A stretch of 64,000 bases of DNA, from the NCBI RefSeq assembly GCF_004010195.1, contig NC_057719.1, positions 41,239,129 to 41,303,128 of the forward strand, written 5' to 3'. The notes beneath the pieces are model-generated. The model searched no databases, was not told the DNA's origin, and worked only from the letters and a program-made list of their open reading frames with translations. The position numbers and the translations under genes were made by a program. The DNA comes from Chiloscyllium plagiosum (taxonomy: Eukaryota). Numbering within the stretch: the stretch's first letter is position 1; each line of letters starts with the position of its first letter. Shown in pieces: positions 11,335-23,668 of the stretch.

Positions 11335-14300
11335 TGACAGTTATACCCCAACCCTCCAGACTGACATGGCCCAGGACCCTGACTGTTATACCCCAACCCC
11401 CCAGACTGACATGGCCCAGGACCCTGACTGTTATACCCCAACCCCCCAGACTGACATGGCCCAGGACCCTGACTGTTATACCCCAACCCCCCAGACTGAC
11501 ATGGCCCAGGATCCTGACTGTTATACCCCAACCCCCCAGACTGACATGGCCCACTGACTGTTATACCCCAACCCCCCAGACTGACATGGCCCAGGACCCT
11601 GACTGTTATACCCCAACCTCCCAGACTGACATAACCCAGGACCCTGACTGTTATACTCCAACCTCCCAGACTGACATGGCCCAGGACCCAGACTATATAC
11701 AAGTCAAGATTAAAGTGGTGTTGGAAAAGCACAACAGCTCAGACAGACTTGGTGGTGGATAGATAAATGGGAGGGGAGTGGGGCTGGGGGAAAGGTAGCT
11801 GAGAGTGCAATGGGTGAATGGCGGTGGGGATGCAGGTGATAGGTTGGAGAGGAGGGTGGAGTGGATAGGTGGGAAGGAAGATTTACAGGTGGGACAGGTC
11901 ATGAGGGCACTGCTGAGCTGGAAGTTTGGAACTGGGGTTAGGTGGGGGGAGGGGAAATGAGGAAACTGGTGAAGTCCATTTTGATGCCCTGGGGTTGGAG
12001 GGTCCCGAGGCGGTCTTCCTCCAGGTGTCGGGTGGTGAGCGAGTGGTGGTGGAGGAGGCCCAGGAGCTGCATGTCCTCGGCAGAGTGGGAGGGGGAGTTG
12101 ACATGTTTGGCCACTGGGCAGTGGGGTTGATTGGTGCGGGTGTCCAGGAGATGATCTATGAAGCACTCTGCGAGAAGGCGTCCTGTCTCCCCAATGTAGG
12201 GGAGACCGAATCGGGAGCAAGGGATACAGTAAATGACATGTGTGGAAGTGCAGGTAAAACTTTGATGGATGTGGAATGCTCCTTTGGGACCTTGGACAGA
12301 GGTGAGGGGGAAAGTGTGGGCACAGGTTTTGCCATTCCTGCAGTGACAGGGAAGGTGCCAGGAGGGGAGGGTGGGTTGTTGGGGGGAGTGGACCTGACCA
12401 GGTAGTCATGAAGGGAAACGGTCTTTGTGGAAAGCGGATGGGGTGGGGAGTGAAATACATCCCTGGTGGTGGGGGCTGTTTGGCAATGGCAGAAATGTTG
12501 GCGGATGATATGATTTATGCGAAGATTGGCAGGTTGGAAGGTGAGGACCGGGGAAGGGGTTCTGTCCTTGTTGCAGTTGGAGGGGTTCAAGGGCGGAGAT
12601 GCAGGATATGGATGAGATGCGTTGGAGGGCATCTTCAACCACGTGGGATGGGAAATTATAGTCTTTAAAGAAGGAGGGCCTCTGGTATGATCTGTGGTGG
12701 AACTGGTCCTCCTGGGAGCAAACTCGGTGTAGCCAGAGGAATTGGGAATACGGGATAGCATTTTTGCAGAAGATAGGGTGGGAGGAGGTGTAATCCAGGT
12801 AGCTGTGGGAGTCAGTGGGTTTGTAAAAAATGTCAGTGTTGAGTCGGTCATCGTTGATGGAGATGGAGAAGTCCATGAAGGAGAGGGAGGTGTCAGAGAT
12901 GATCCAGGTGAATTTAAGGTCAGGGTGGAATGTGTTGGCGAAGTTGATGACCCAGAATCCTGACTGATATACCCAAAACCCAAGAGTGAAATGGCCTAGG
13001 ATCCTGACTGTTATACCCCAACACCCCAGACTGACATGGCCCAGGATCCTGACTGTCATACCCCAACCCCCCAGACTGACATGGCCTCGGACCCTGACTG
13101 TTATATTCCAACCCCTAAGACTGACATGGCCCAGGATCCTGACTGTTATATCCCAACCCCTCCCCAGACTGACATGGCCTCGGACCCTGACTGTTATACC
13201 CCAACCCCCCCCAGACTGACATGGCCCAGTACCCTGATTGTTATACCCCAACCCCCCAGACTGACATGGCCTCGGATCCTGACTGTTATATCCCAACCCC
13301 TCCCCAGACTGACATGGCCTAGGATCCTGACTGTTATACCCCAACCCTCCCAGACTGACATGGCCTAGGACCCTGACTGTTATACCCCAACCCCACAGTC
13401 TGACATGGCCCAGGTCACTGACTGTTATACCCCAATGCCCCCAGACTGACATGGCCCAGGACCCTGACTGTTATACCCCAACATCCCAGACTGACATGGC
13501 CTAGGACCCTGACTGTTATACCCCAACCCCCCCAGACTGACTTGGCCTAGGACCCTGACTGTTATACCCCAACATCCCAGACTGACATGGCCCAGGACCC
13601 TGACTGTTATACCCCAACCCGCCCAGACTGACTTGGCCTAGGACCCTGACTGTTATACCCCAACCCCCCCAGACTGACTTGGCCTAGGACCCTGACTGTT
13701 ATACCCCAACCCCACAGACTGACTTGGCCTAGGACCCTGACTGTTATATCCCAACCCCCCAGACTGACATGGCCCAGGATCCTGACTGTTATACCCCAAC
13801 ATCCCAGACTGACATGGCCCAGGACCCTGACTGTTATACCCCAACCCCCCAGACTGACATGGCCTAGGACCCTGACTGTTATACCCCAACCCCCCAGACT
13901 GACATGGCCTAGGACCCTGACTGTTATACCCCAACCCCCCCAGACTGACTTGGCCTAGGACCTGACTGTTATACCCCAACCCCACAGACTGACTTGGCCT
14001 AGGACCCTGACTGTTATACCCCAACCCCACAGTCTGACATGGCCCAGGTCACTGACTGTTATACCCCAACCCCCAGACTGACATGGCCCAGGTCACTGAC
14101 TGTAATACCCCAACCCCCAGACTGACATGGCCCAGGTCACTGACTGTAATACCCCAACCCCCAGACTGACATGGCCCAGGTCACTGACTGTAATACCCCA
14201 ACCCCCAGACTGACATGGCCCAGGTCACTGACTGTAATACCCCAACCCCCAGACTGACATGGCCCAGGTCACTGACTGTAATACCCCAACCCCCAGACTG

Positions 14301-14531
14301 ACATGGCCCAGGTCACTGACTGTAATACCCCAACCCCCAGACTGACATGGCCCAGGTCACTGACTGTAATACCCCAACCCCCAGACTGACATGGCCCAGG
14401 TCACTGACTGTAATACCCCAACCCCCAGACTGACATGGCCCAGGTCACTGACTGTAATACCCCAACCCCCAGACTGACATGGCCCAGGTCACTGACTGTT
14501 ATACCCCAACCCCCAGACTGACATGGCCCAG
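11335..14531 (+). repeat. 44/45-bp minisatellite (about 43 units) split by a PLE insertion
   Basis: Unit tgactgttataccccaaccccccagactgacatggcccaggaccc; blocks at 11335-11700 and 12951-14531. Confidence 0.97.
11701..12950 (-). mobile_element. 5'-truncated Penelope-like element (Neptune-type): RT thumb plus GIY-YIG endonuclease
   Basis: FANTFHPDLKFT..FMDFSI..TDIFYKPTDSHSYLDYTSSHP..KNAIPYSQF; degenerate Cys linker (CHCRNGKTC); VIYCIPC..YIGETGR; LGTLQPQGI. Confidence 0.9.
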
Positions 14532-15657
14532 AAATGTTCGTGCCGGCTGTGCAAGGCATACATCCATTTGAGCAAACGGTGAGTGAGAGTCACCATGTAA
14601 CTGCTTTGACTTTCATGTCAAGAATTCGCAGTGTCTAGTTTCTATCCAGCTGGAGATAGAACAGGGAAGTCCATACTAAGGAGATGAGATTAAGTAACAA
14701 TGAGGGTGATAATGAGCAATAATCCTCCCACTCACTCGTGAGAATGTTGTCTCAACATTCCGAATCTAGCTGGAATGTCTTATTTTTGACTCCAAGAAGG
14801 GATCACTAAACTTGATTTTCCCAAATCTCTCGCTACAGCCCACAGCGTGCAGGGCTTGTGAAGATTCTGCCCAATATATCTTCTGGGAGATTCAGCTGGT
14901 TAAATGTAAATGTCCAGACAGCTGTGCTTTTATATTCACAGAATTAAACAAATATTCCTGACGAAAACCTTTGGTCCCAAGTAAAATTTCAAGCAGTCAG
15001 ATGAAATATTTCAGAACATTGAAAGGCAGATCTTTCAAAAGTAAACCCATGCGGTTTTACATCAAAGGATTTTATTCCTTGAGGAGTTCTTTTCTTTTGC
15101 GATGTAGCATCTGAACTACGGAAACAAGGGTTTAACGGAACTTTAGCTGAAAATTAGATGTGGGAAAACATTGCTGATACTCATGCTAAACTAAAATAAT
15201 CCGCAGAAAAATATGCCTCCAAAAGTTCAAGGCTGTTCACCCAGCCCCAGGCACGAGAAGCTCTATCCTTTGTCCACTTAAAAACCACTCATTGTTAAGT
15301 GCTTTGTGTTACATCTGAGTAGATTGTTGGCAGCATGCACTACACTCGGTTCTGTATATAGCTAACAGATATGTGACAATTATAAACAGTTCTGTCATCC
15401 AGTGCTTTTTGCCTAGCACACCCAAGATATTAACTAGATATGTGCAACAAAGCTGTAATCACACCCTCCAGTGCAATCTTCTTTATTATAAATCACTTGA
15501 AATTGAAGTTTAAAAAATTAATGTAAATGGACTTGCTGAATTATTCATTATAATGACTGAAACTGAACGTAGACTTTTCAATCTCAGTTCTACCGCGTTT
15601 GGAAATTCCTTCCCTTTCTGTCTCTCACATTTTCTTCCATTAATCTCTTGCTTATAG

Positions 15658-15726
15658 TAGGGATGAGCAGGCTTGCAGGCATCATCAGTACAACCATGCT
15701 GGTCTGATCACCAGCAGGATGACAAA
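15658..15726 (+). other. Candidate spliced exon
   Basis: ~50-nt polypyrimidine tract ending in TAGTAG (NAGNAG); donor AAA|gtgagt; one open frame RDEQACRHHQYNHAGLITSRMT with no homologue recognised. Confidence 0.35.
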
Positions 15727-16234
15727 GTGAGTTCAGTGCACATAAGCAGCAGCTCCCATTATGCCTTCCTGGGAGTATCCCAATAAGAAGCTTACACTGG
15801 CAACAGAAGAAAGAGAAGGTGGCAAATTCATGAAGAAAGGTTGGCCGTATAAATGTAAACGTCTATTAAAATGATAAAGTAGGAAACGATAAATAGTGCG
15901 ACTCGCTGTAGGTGCTGTAGTAAAATTTGAATGCATTTTACAGTTTCATAATTATCTAGTGGTTGAAGTGTGAGCTAGTTCCCGGAGATATTGCTGAATG
16001 GTCATTAACAGTAATTTGAAGAATAGAATTCAACCAATAATAAAATAATAGATTTCAGATCCTTACTTGTATAATTTTAATTGAAATTTGATAATTAATT
16101 CCCGTGTATTTCATAGTTAGAAGACATCTTTGCAATTGAGCAGACTTTCTGTTTAAGCAGCCTTTTATTCCAGCATTTATAAAATGCAACACAAGCTTCC
16201 TGTATTATTGTGAATAGCATTCTGTCCATGGTAT

Positions 16235-16286
16235 CAAATTAATGCAAATCATTTTGAATAGGTAATCTTCATAGGGGCAAAGGTCA
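16235..16286 (+). promoter_or_regulatory. Octamer plus DR1 nuclear-receptor element
   Basis: ATGCAAAT at 16242-16249 and GGGGCA-A-AGGTCA at 16274-16286 in a repeat-poor region. Confidence 0.4.
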
Positions 16287-17894
16287 TAGGTTGCGAATGA
16301 GCTCTATCCCAGCTTCCCAGCATTTCTAAAAACAATTTTCTATCTTATTTATCAAACAGTGCTTATCATTCCCCGTAACATTAGCCCTTCGAGTACTGCT
16401 TTGCATAATCATTACTGTGCTCCATCTTGGATCTGTTTTCTAATGACATTGGTTTTCTTCACCCAAACCATAAAAGGCAATCTCACATTTTAGACTTTCG
16501 TTATTATGAGTTCTCAACGGTGCAATAAATGTAATCAAAGTAAATATGCCTTCTAGCAGGGTTATCGCTTAAGCAGATTCCCATAATTCCTGGCAGGCCA
16601 CTTTCTTTGGGAATTATCAAATTCCCCACCTTTCATTTTAATCATAGCATTCTGAAAACCTGTCACTATTGTCATTGTTTGAAGAAGTGTCTTCTTGATA
16701 CCTGAGGCTGCCTTCTGAACGGTAACTGCAGTGATTATTACTGCCTGTGCACTGCTTTGCTGTTGACAAGGTAAATGAGGTGTCGCTGCTTGCGAGCAGG
16801 GGCCACATGTATCATTAAAAGGTGGTATTCCTCTGACAGGAATGCCATCTTCAACTGCAATGTAATCAGAATGCTGTCTTGCTGCCAGGGTCAGAGATAG
16901 CCACACATCTCACCTCATGCAATGTACCTCTGTGCCTATACAGGCCATACAAGCACTGTAAACCCTGTCCCTAGCAGTTGCTGCCTGCATAGTTGGAAAT
17001 TATAAGTTTAAAAAACCTGCACATCTACCAGCTTACACTTGTGTTACTGTCATACCAACTGCCATAGTAACAACTCAGAAATATTAATAGGATTGTGTGA
17101 CATGCTGACAGCATGCAGCATTTTCTGGTTTTGTTTCATACTTCCAGCATACGTATTATTTTGATTTTGTATAACTAGGTGCAACCCAGAAATTGTAAAC
17201 TCAAACTCAAAACTACTTCTAGAATGTAAATGTCCTTTGAATCTTTATGGCCACTTTATGGTCACAGCTAGCCACTTGACTGTCCCATGACTGCAGAGAA
17301 TTTTTAGCTTATGTTCTAATGTCTGTTAACATTAAATTTCACGTCAGGTCTCAGCACTGATGCAGCCAGTATGAATACGCTACTGATTGTATGGAAAGAA
17401 ATCCGTAAGTACTTGTTCAGATTGAATTGAATTTGATGATGGTACTAGGAAGGACTCTGGATTCTTTGTGGGAGATTTTCAAGTTAACCCAAAACAGTCA
17501 TGAACAGCCATCGTGCCCATTCATTTGTGACAGCCAAGCCATTCTGAGCTCTGGGCCTCATTCGCAGAATGAGTTGGAGTTGTCTTTGTTTCCAGACATT
17601 TGAAATTATATAATTGTGAAATTGAATATCACATCTTAAGCTTGGAAAAATGAGAGACATATTGTTCACATTTTGTCATACTCAAAAGAATGGGTTTGGG
17701 CTAGTTCTAAATACATCACATGACTTTCTGGTGTCTTCATGTGCATGGCCCCCTAGAACACTTACACAAATAATTAGGTTTTAGCTGCTTAATTCCAAAG
17801 TCTTACTGTTAATATAGTGATATATAATACATACCATAAGTGAGCAATAATCTTCTCACTGCTGGTTGGCTATTTCTGAGATTAGAGTAAACCA

Positions 17895-18367
17895 GAAAAG
17901 CTACAGAAAAAGTTTACAAGGATGTTGTTGGGAATGGAGGGTTTCAGTTAGAGACTGGATAGGCTGGGACTATTCTCCCTGGAGCATCAGAGGCTGAAGG
18001 GCAACCTTACAGAGGTTTATAAAATCATGAGGGGCATGGATAGTGTGAATAGCCAAGGGTAGTTGAATCCAAAACTAGAGGACATAGGTTTAAAGTGAGA
18101 GGGGAAAGATTTAAAAGTGATCTGACAGGTAACTTTTTCATGTAGAGGGTGGTGTGGGTATGGAATGAGTTGCCAGAGGAAGTGGTAAAGGCTGGTGCAA
18201 TTGCAACATGTAGAAGATGTTTGGACAGGTATATGAATTGGTAAGTCTTAGAGTGATATGGGCCTAAAAAAGAAAATGGGACTAGTTCGGTTTGTATACT
18301 TGGTTGGCATGGATGAGTTGGACTGAAGGGTTTGTTTCCGTACTGAATGACTCTATAATTCTATGAT
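17895..18367 (+). mobile_element. CR1 LINE 3' end
   Basis: FTRML..RLKGNLTEVYKIMRGMD..WNELPEEVV motifs and a ctat-type tail. Confidence 0.9.
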
Positions 18368-19289
18368 TGTATCTCGGCCAAACCTGCTGGCAGGTAGAGG
18401 TAGACCCTGTGAGGTAAGGAGAGGGGAGGGCACTGCTTCACTGGGACCATCAAAAAAATTCAACATTCCCTAGGTCAGGTTCATCAGAGATTAGAGCTTC
18501 TAGTATGTACAAAATGGTAAAATAGGCGGGTAAATTGTGGTGGTAATTATCTCATAGACTTTAATTGAGTGACTAAGAATCACTGCTTCTTCCACATCCC
18601 CTTCCCAAATTCACCACCCTCCAGATAACTAAGTTTATACAACTGCCTGTCTTTCAGCCCCAAAGAACCCTTCCCCTTTATTGTCTACACCTTCAAAAAT
18701 CTTAGATGTTGTGAAAACGGATGCTATTTTTGAGCTTTTCAACACACATTTGATTTTTCTAGGGATATGCATTCCCCACTCTTAGTATTCATATTTCAAT
18801 TCTGATTCAGACACAATAGGAAAACATTAAAGAAAATGAAAAACATTTGGAAAACCACATTTTATTTCAACATATTTTCAATGTGTCAGCTGAGAGTTTG
18901 AATGAACCTTTTAATGGTATGAAGAACAATCATGTACATGGGAAGCTGGAAATACTGGAGATGCTTTGCAGCTTCTCTGGGTAAATGCATTGTGCAGAAT
19001 CTTACAGGGGCATGACTGCCATGGGACATTACAAGAAATGTGGGACAATCATATGATAATTCCGATGAGGCCTTCTCAAGGTCAGGTGCAATGAGTTGCA
19101 TTTGCCAACTGAGGTCTGGGGGTTGAGAAGAGATTTCACTGGGAAGCAGTGGGATGCCTATTAAAAGGATATTGTTTGTTGCTGGCCTCATTAACTGTAG
19201 ATGTCATCTCCCTAAATCTTTCTAAATTTCCTATCCTACCACACACTAAGAAGAAGCTAGACACCAAGAATTCGGGATATGAAAGTTCA

Positions 19290-19480
19290 AAGGTGTGCAG
19301 GTTGCACAAATTGGCATATTAAACTGCCCATAGTGTTCAGAGATGTGCAGGCTAGGTGAACAGGCCACAGAAAATGAAGTGTTACAGGAAGAGGGGTCAG
19401 GGGCTAGTTCTGGGTTGGATGCTCTTCAGACTGTTGGTGCAGATTCAACGGGCCAAATGACCTCTTTCCACCTTGTAAGG
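19290..19480 (+). mobile_element. HE1-like SINE 3' fragment
   Basis: Matches the 3' half of 1787-2110. Confidence 0.6.
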
Positions 19481-19489
19481 AGCTTGCCA

Positions 19490-20740
19490 CTTGCTCCTTC
19501 TGACCTGCATCTTGTACACCTGGAACCAGCATCACAGGAAATGATCCATGGGCAATGGTCATACGAACTCCACATTCATAGACCTTGCCATTAGACACTA
19601 GGCAGCCTCTCTGCATCAGCATTGCACTTCTCTAATCCACTTAAACTACACTGAGCATGGCCATGCTGTAGTTGATCAGGCTGTAACTCAGGAGTTGTTC
19701 ACTTGGTCTCTTAGGGCTCACTTACCTGGAGCCTACCTGATGCTCCCAGCATCCATGCCTTGCCTTTTCACCCATTGCCCTCTCAGCTGGAGTTACCAGG
19801 TTGAATGTATTCTTGCCTTGCCTTACTGTTTAGCACAGACACAGAGCCAGAAAGCTAGTCAAGATTGTCAGAGTCCTCAGTCAGGTCCAGGGAGACACCC
19901 TTCAGGCTGGGATCCTGGCAGAGTAAGTCAAGGACAACTTCCAATACTAATCTCGGGGTTTGGACAAGGTAGGACATGTACTCAGGACAGTCAGGGTCAG
20001 GGTCCTCTCCTTATAAAGGGTGATGGTCTTTCTGCCTTATCCTGCACGAGGAGAAACAGAGGGGTTGAGAGTGATGAAAGTGGGTGACACTGTTGTTAGT
20101 ACTAGTGCACACAGGGAATGGTGATGAGGTGCCTTGAGTGAATGAGTAGACTGTATAGAGATAATGCAGGGTTAACAGTTTGGTGGGAGGTGCTGGTAGT
20201 GAGAGCCAATGAGCGAAGTGGTTGCATGTAGCATTGAGAATGATACAGCATGTCCAGTGATGGGAGATCAGTGCAGGAGCAGAGAGAAGATGGTGGCACT
20301 TACCCTGGCAGAGTGGAGGTGGTCGTTGACCTTCTTCCTGTACTACTGGCCATTCCTCCAGATGGCTGACACTGGTGGCAACCTTGGACCAGGCCATCAG
20401 CATCTATTGTTGTGACCTTCTCTTCCAGCCCTGGGAGAAGAGGACAACCCCCTTCTGTCCCGCTCCATCCACCAGGACATCCATGTCACCGTCCCTGACC
20501 ACGACATGAGCCATCATATTCCCCTTGTCTACCATGTCTGGGCAAATATCATGAACAATGTAGGGGAGTCCAGTCTGACTGAGATTGTCCAGATTCACAA
20601 CGAGCATTTAAAGATGAAACTAACATCTGAGGGGATGAGCTGGACTGGAACATCTGTGCAGTGATAAATTCTTCTGATTACAGTGAGTGCGGGAATCAGG
20701 CTGACAACTGATGTGAGAGGCAGCATGGGGTGGCATAGGT
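19490..20740 (-). mobile_element. Harbinger-type Myb/SANT gene remnant
   Basis: DGDMDVLVDGAGQKGVVLF..AWSKVATSVS..WRNGQ*YRKKVNDHLHSAR across frameshifts. Confidence 0.65.
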
Positions 20741-21524
20741 AGTTAATGAAGTAAGTTTGGGACAATAGTGTGAGAAAACATGTCAGGCCTTATGGAGAAA
20801 CACCTTACATTATACTCAATGGAATTGGCACTTAGTCCAAAAAGCATCAACATCATGACCGTTGAGTGAGAATGGGAGAGCACAAAAGAAATATAAAATG
20901 TTTGGCATATTTTAGATAAATAAATAAAACAATGTATAGGCCGATGGCAATATAAAACAAATAAAAGTCTTAGGTAAAGTATTATAGATTGCTTTATACA
21001 TGTTAATTGTGTCTTCAAGTCATAGTGACTTCAATATATATTTATTGCTTCGTTTTGTTTTACTGATGGATGCTCTAAATTCATATTCTGCTCATGGTCA
21101 GGGCTGTCTAACACTATATTATGCCAGCAATGATAAATTCTGAAACCTTTTTCAGATAAGCCAGCATCTATCACTTGTGACTGGTACAGTATAACATATA
21201 GGAAAATTGACTTTTGAAAGGAAGCTACAAGGCAATAGTATAATCATAGGGTTCGGGTGGCATCTTAAATGATACGTTTTGTAATGCTTTAGCACTTATC
21301 TGAATTTAGAGTTGTCTTACTCTGAACACTCTTTAAGATTACATCAGGTTTGTTTGTAGGTTGAGTAAGACTTCCTATGTTATTTGAAGTTGTGCAAGTA
21401 TTTTTTTCTATTCTTCATGATAAATAACATACTTCCACTTGACATGGTCCCATTTTTCTCTTTCCTTTCAAACTTTGCTTGGCTAAGAAAAAAAAACTTA
21501 GCGATGCCTAAAGATATTTGAATT

Positions 21525-21900
21525 CCATAGTTATAGAGTCATAGAGTCATAGAGATGTACAGCACAGAAACAGACCCTTTGGTCCAACTTGTCCATACCG
21601 ATATCCTAAATTAGTCTAGTCCCATTTGCCAGCACTTGGTCCATATCCCTCTAAACCTTTCCCATTCATGTACCCATCTAGGTGGTTTTTAAATGCTGTA
21701 ATTGTACCAGCCTCCACCACTTCCTTCTGGCAGCTCAGTCCATACACGCATCACCCTCTGAGTGAAAAAGTTGTTCTTAGGTCCCTTTGTAATCTTTCCC
21801 CTCTCACCGTAAACTTACACCCTGTAGTTCTGGATTCCCCCAACCCAGGGAAAAGACTTTGCCTATTTACCCTATCCATGGCCCTCATGAATTTGTAAAC
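21525..21900 (-). mobile_element. CR1 LINE 3' end
   Basis: (ATAGAGTC)n tail; YKFMRAMDRVNRQSLFP. Confidence 0.9.
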
Positions 21901-22274
21901 TGCGAAAATACAGTAGATTTTAATGATTGGGCAAACAGTCAACAAGTGGGAGAGTCAACATATTTCAAGGATTATGTCTCTTTTATATGCATTGCATTGT
22001 GGGAGTTAAATGGGCTCCTTATGCCAGATGTGGGCTAATGTAATACTATCTAACCTGGAATTCCGTCTATCTGGGAAAATAGATGACTTGTGGGGATTAT
22101 AAAGTACTGGGGTATTCAAGATGATAGTGAATTGCACATTACTCTGGTGAGCATGAATTTACACCTATCTCTTGCTCATCTTGGCCAGACAAAGGTAATT
22201 CAGATATCTTATTAAGCCTTAACTGCTACCTATCTTGGAAATAATCTCTCGGAACATTTTTTTAAAACTCATCG

Positions 22275-23460
22275 GTTAGACCAGCATTTATTGCCCAGGA
22301 AGCAGTTAAGAGTCAAACACATTGCTGTGGATCTGGAGTCATACGTAGACCAGAGTAGGTAAAGATGGCAGTTCCCTTCCTGTTAGTAAACTAGATGGAT
22401 TTATCCCCAACAATCAGCAATGGATTCACGATCGTCCTTAAACTCTTGATTCACAATATTTATTGAATTCAAATTCCACTACCTGCCATGGCAGGATTTG
22501 ACCATTGGTAAGGTAAAAACAATGACTGCAGATGCTGGAAAGCAGATTCTGGATTAGTGGTGCTGGAAGAGCACAGCAGTTCAGGCAGCATCCGAGGAGC
22601 AATAAAATCGACGTTTCGGGCAGAAGGTATTCCCGATGAAGGGCTTAATACACGCCGTGATGTCGAACAATTCTTCCGCTGCCTCCGCCTCCGAGCTTAC
22701 TTTCACAATCAGGACTCCCGCCCAGGACTTCCAAGGACCCCTTCGCCCACCTCCAACAAACTGCATCCACCTGGACACCCCGCGCTGGCCTATTTTCTGC
22801 CCTCAACCACTTTATTTCCAACTGCCGCCAGGACATTAACTACCTCAACCTGTCTACCCCCCTCCCCCACTCCAACCTCTCACCCTCACAACGCGCAGCC
22901 CTCCAATCCTCTGCTCCAATCCTCACCTCACCATCAAGGACCTCACCATCAGCCAGCAGATAAAGGGGGCGCAGTGGTAGTCTGGCGCACTGACCTCTAC
23001 ACCACTGAAGCCAANNNTACCTCGACACTGTCCTATCCCCCCTAGTCCAGGAACTCCCCACATATGTTCGGGACATCACCCACGCCCTCCACCTCCTCCA
23101 AGACTTCCGTTTCCCCTGCCCCCAATGCCTCTTCTTCACCATGGACATCCAATCCCTCTACACCTCCATCTGCCATGACCAGGGCCTCCAAGCCCTCCGT
23201 TTCTTCCTTTCCCGATGTCCCCAACAGTACCCTTCCACCAACACTCTCATTCGTTTGGCCGAACTGGTCCTCACCATTAACAATTTCTCCTTCGAATCCT
23301 CCCACTTCCTCCAGACCAAAGAGGTAGCCATGGGCACGCATATGGGCCCTAGCTATGCCTGTCTCTTTGTTGGCATCTTCCGTAATAAAAGAAGGATTTG
23401 AACATTACCTGGGTTTCTGAATTAATAGCCCATTGATATACCATTAGGCCATTGCCTCCT
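22275..23460 (-). mobile_element. SINE (family of 4150-4400) interrupted by a PLE
   Basis: Body at 22275-22505; head resumes at ~23394 (ggatttgaac..). Confidence 0.55.
22508..23375 (+). mobile_element. Penelope-like (Neptune-type) terminus plus RT fragment; contains an NNN gap
   Basis: PADKGGAVVVW, MDIQSLYTSI, NNFSF..QTKEVAMGTHMGPSYACLFVG; inverted terminus at 22508-22625. Confidence 0.9.
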
Positions 23461-23483
23461 TACAATGTTCCATGAAGCACAAA

Positions 23484-23668
23484 GTTAAAAATCACACAAC
23501 ACCAGGTTATAGTCCATTAGCTTTCGGAGCGACGCTCCTTCATCGGGTGATAGTGGAGGGCTTGATCGTAACACAGAATCTATAGCAAAAATTTGCAGTG
23601 TGATGTAACTGAAATTATACATTGAAAAATTGATTGTCTGTTAAGCCTTTCATCTGTTAGAATACAGA
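23484..23668 (-). mobile_element. PLE family A 3' fragment
   Basis: 14-bp TSD ccatgaagcacaaa at 23470-23483 and 23669-23682. Confidence 0.75.

Noticed and set aside
12406..13452. 348-aa ORF as a novel gene
   Set aside because: Chance fusion of the repeat antisense frame with a truncated Penelope RT
11335..14531. CRISPR-like array
   Set aside because: The units are contiguous with no unique spacers, there are no cas genes, and the context is eukaryotic; this is a minisatellite
14532..14578. CSCRLCKAYI as the C-terminus of a CR1-group RT (CPCRLCKxYI-like)
   Set aside because: The upstream flank shows no RT-like residues; the resemblance is too short
16562..16906. 114-aa minus-strand ORF as a CDS
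   Set aside because: No recognisable domain or splice context; more likely non-coding
23015..23017. Internal deletion in the PLE RT
   Set aside because: Coincides with an NNN assembly gap and cannot be interpreted
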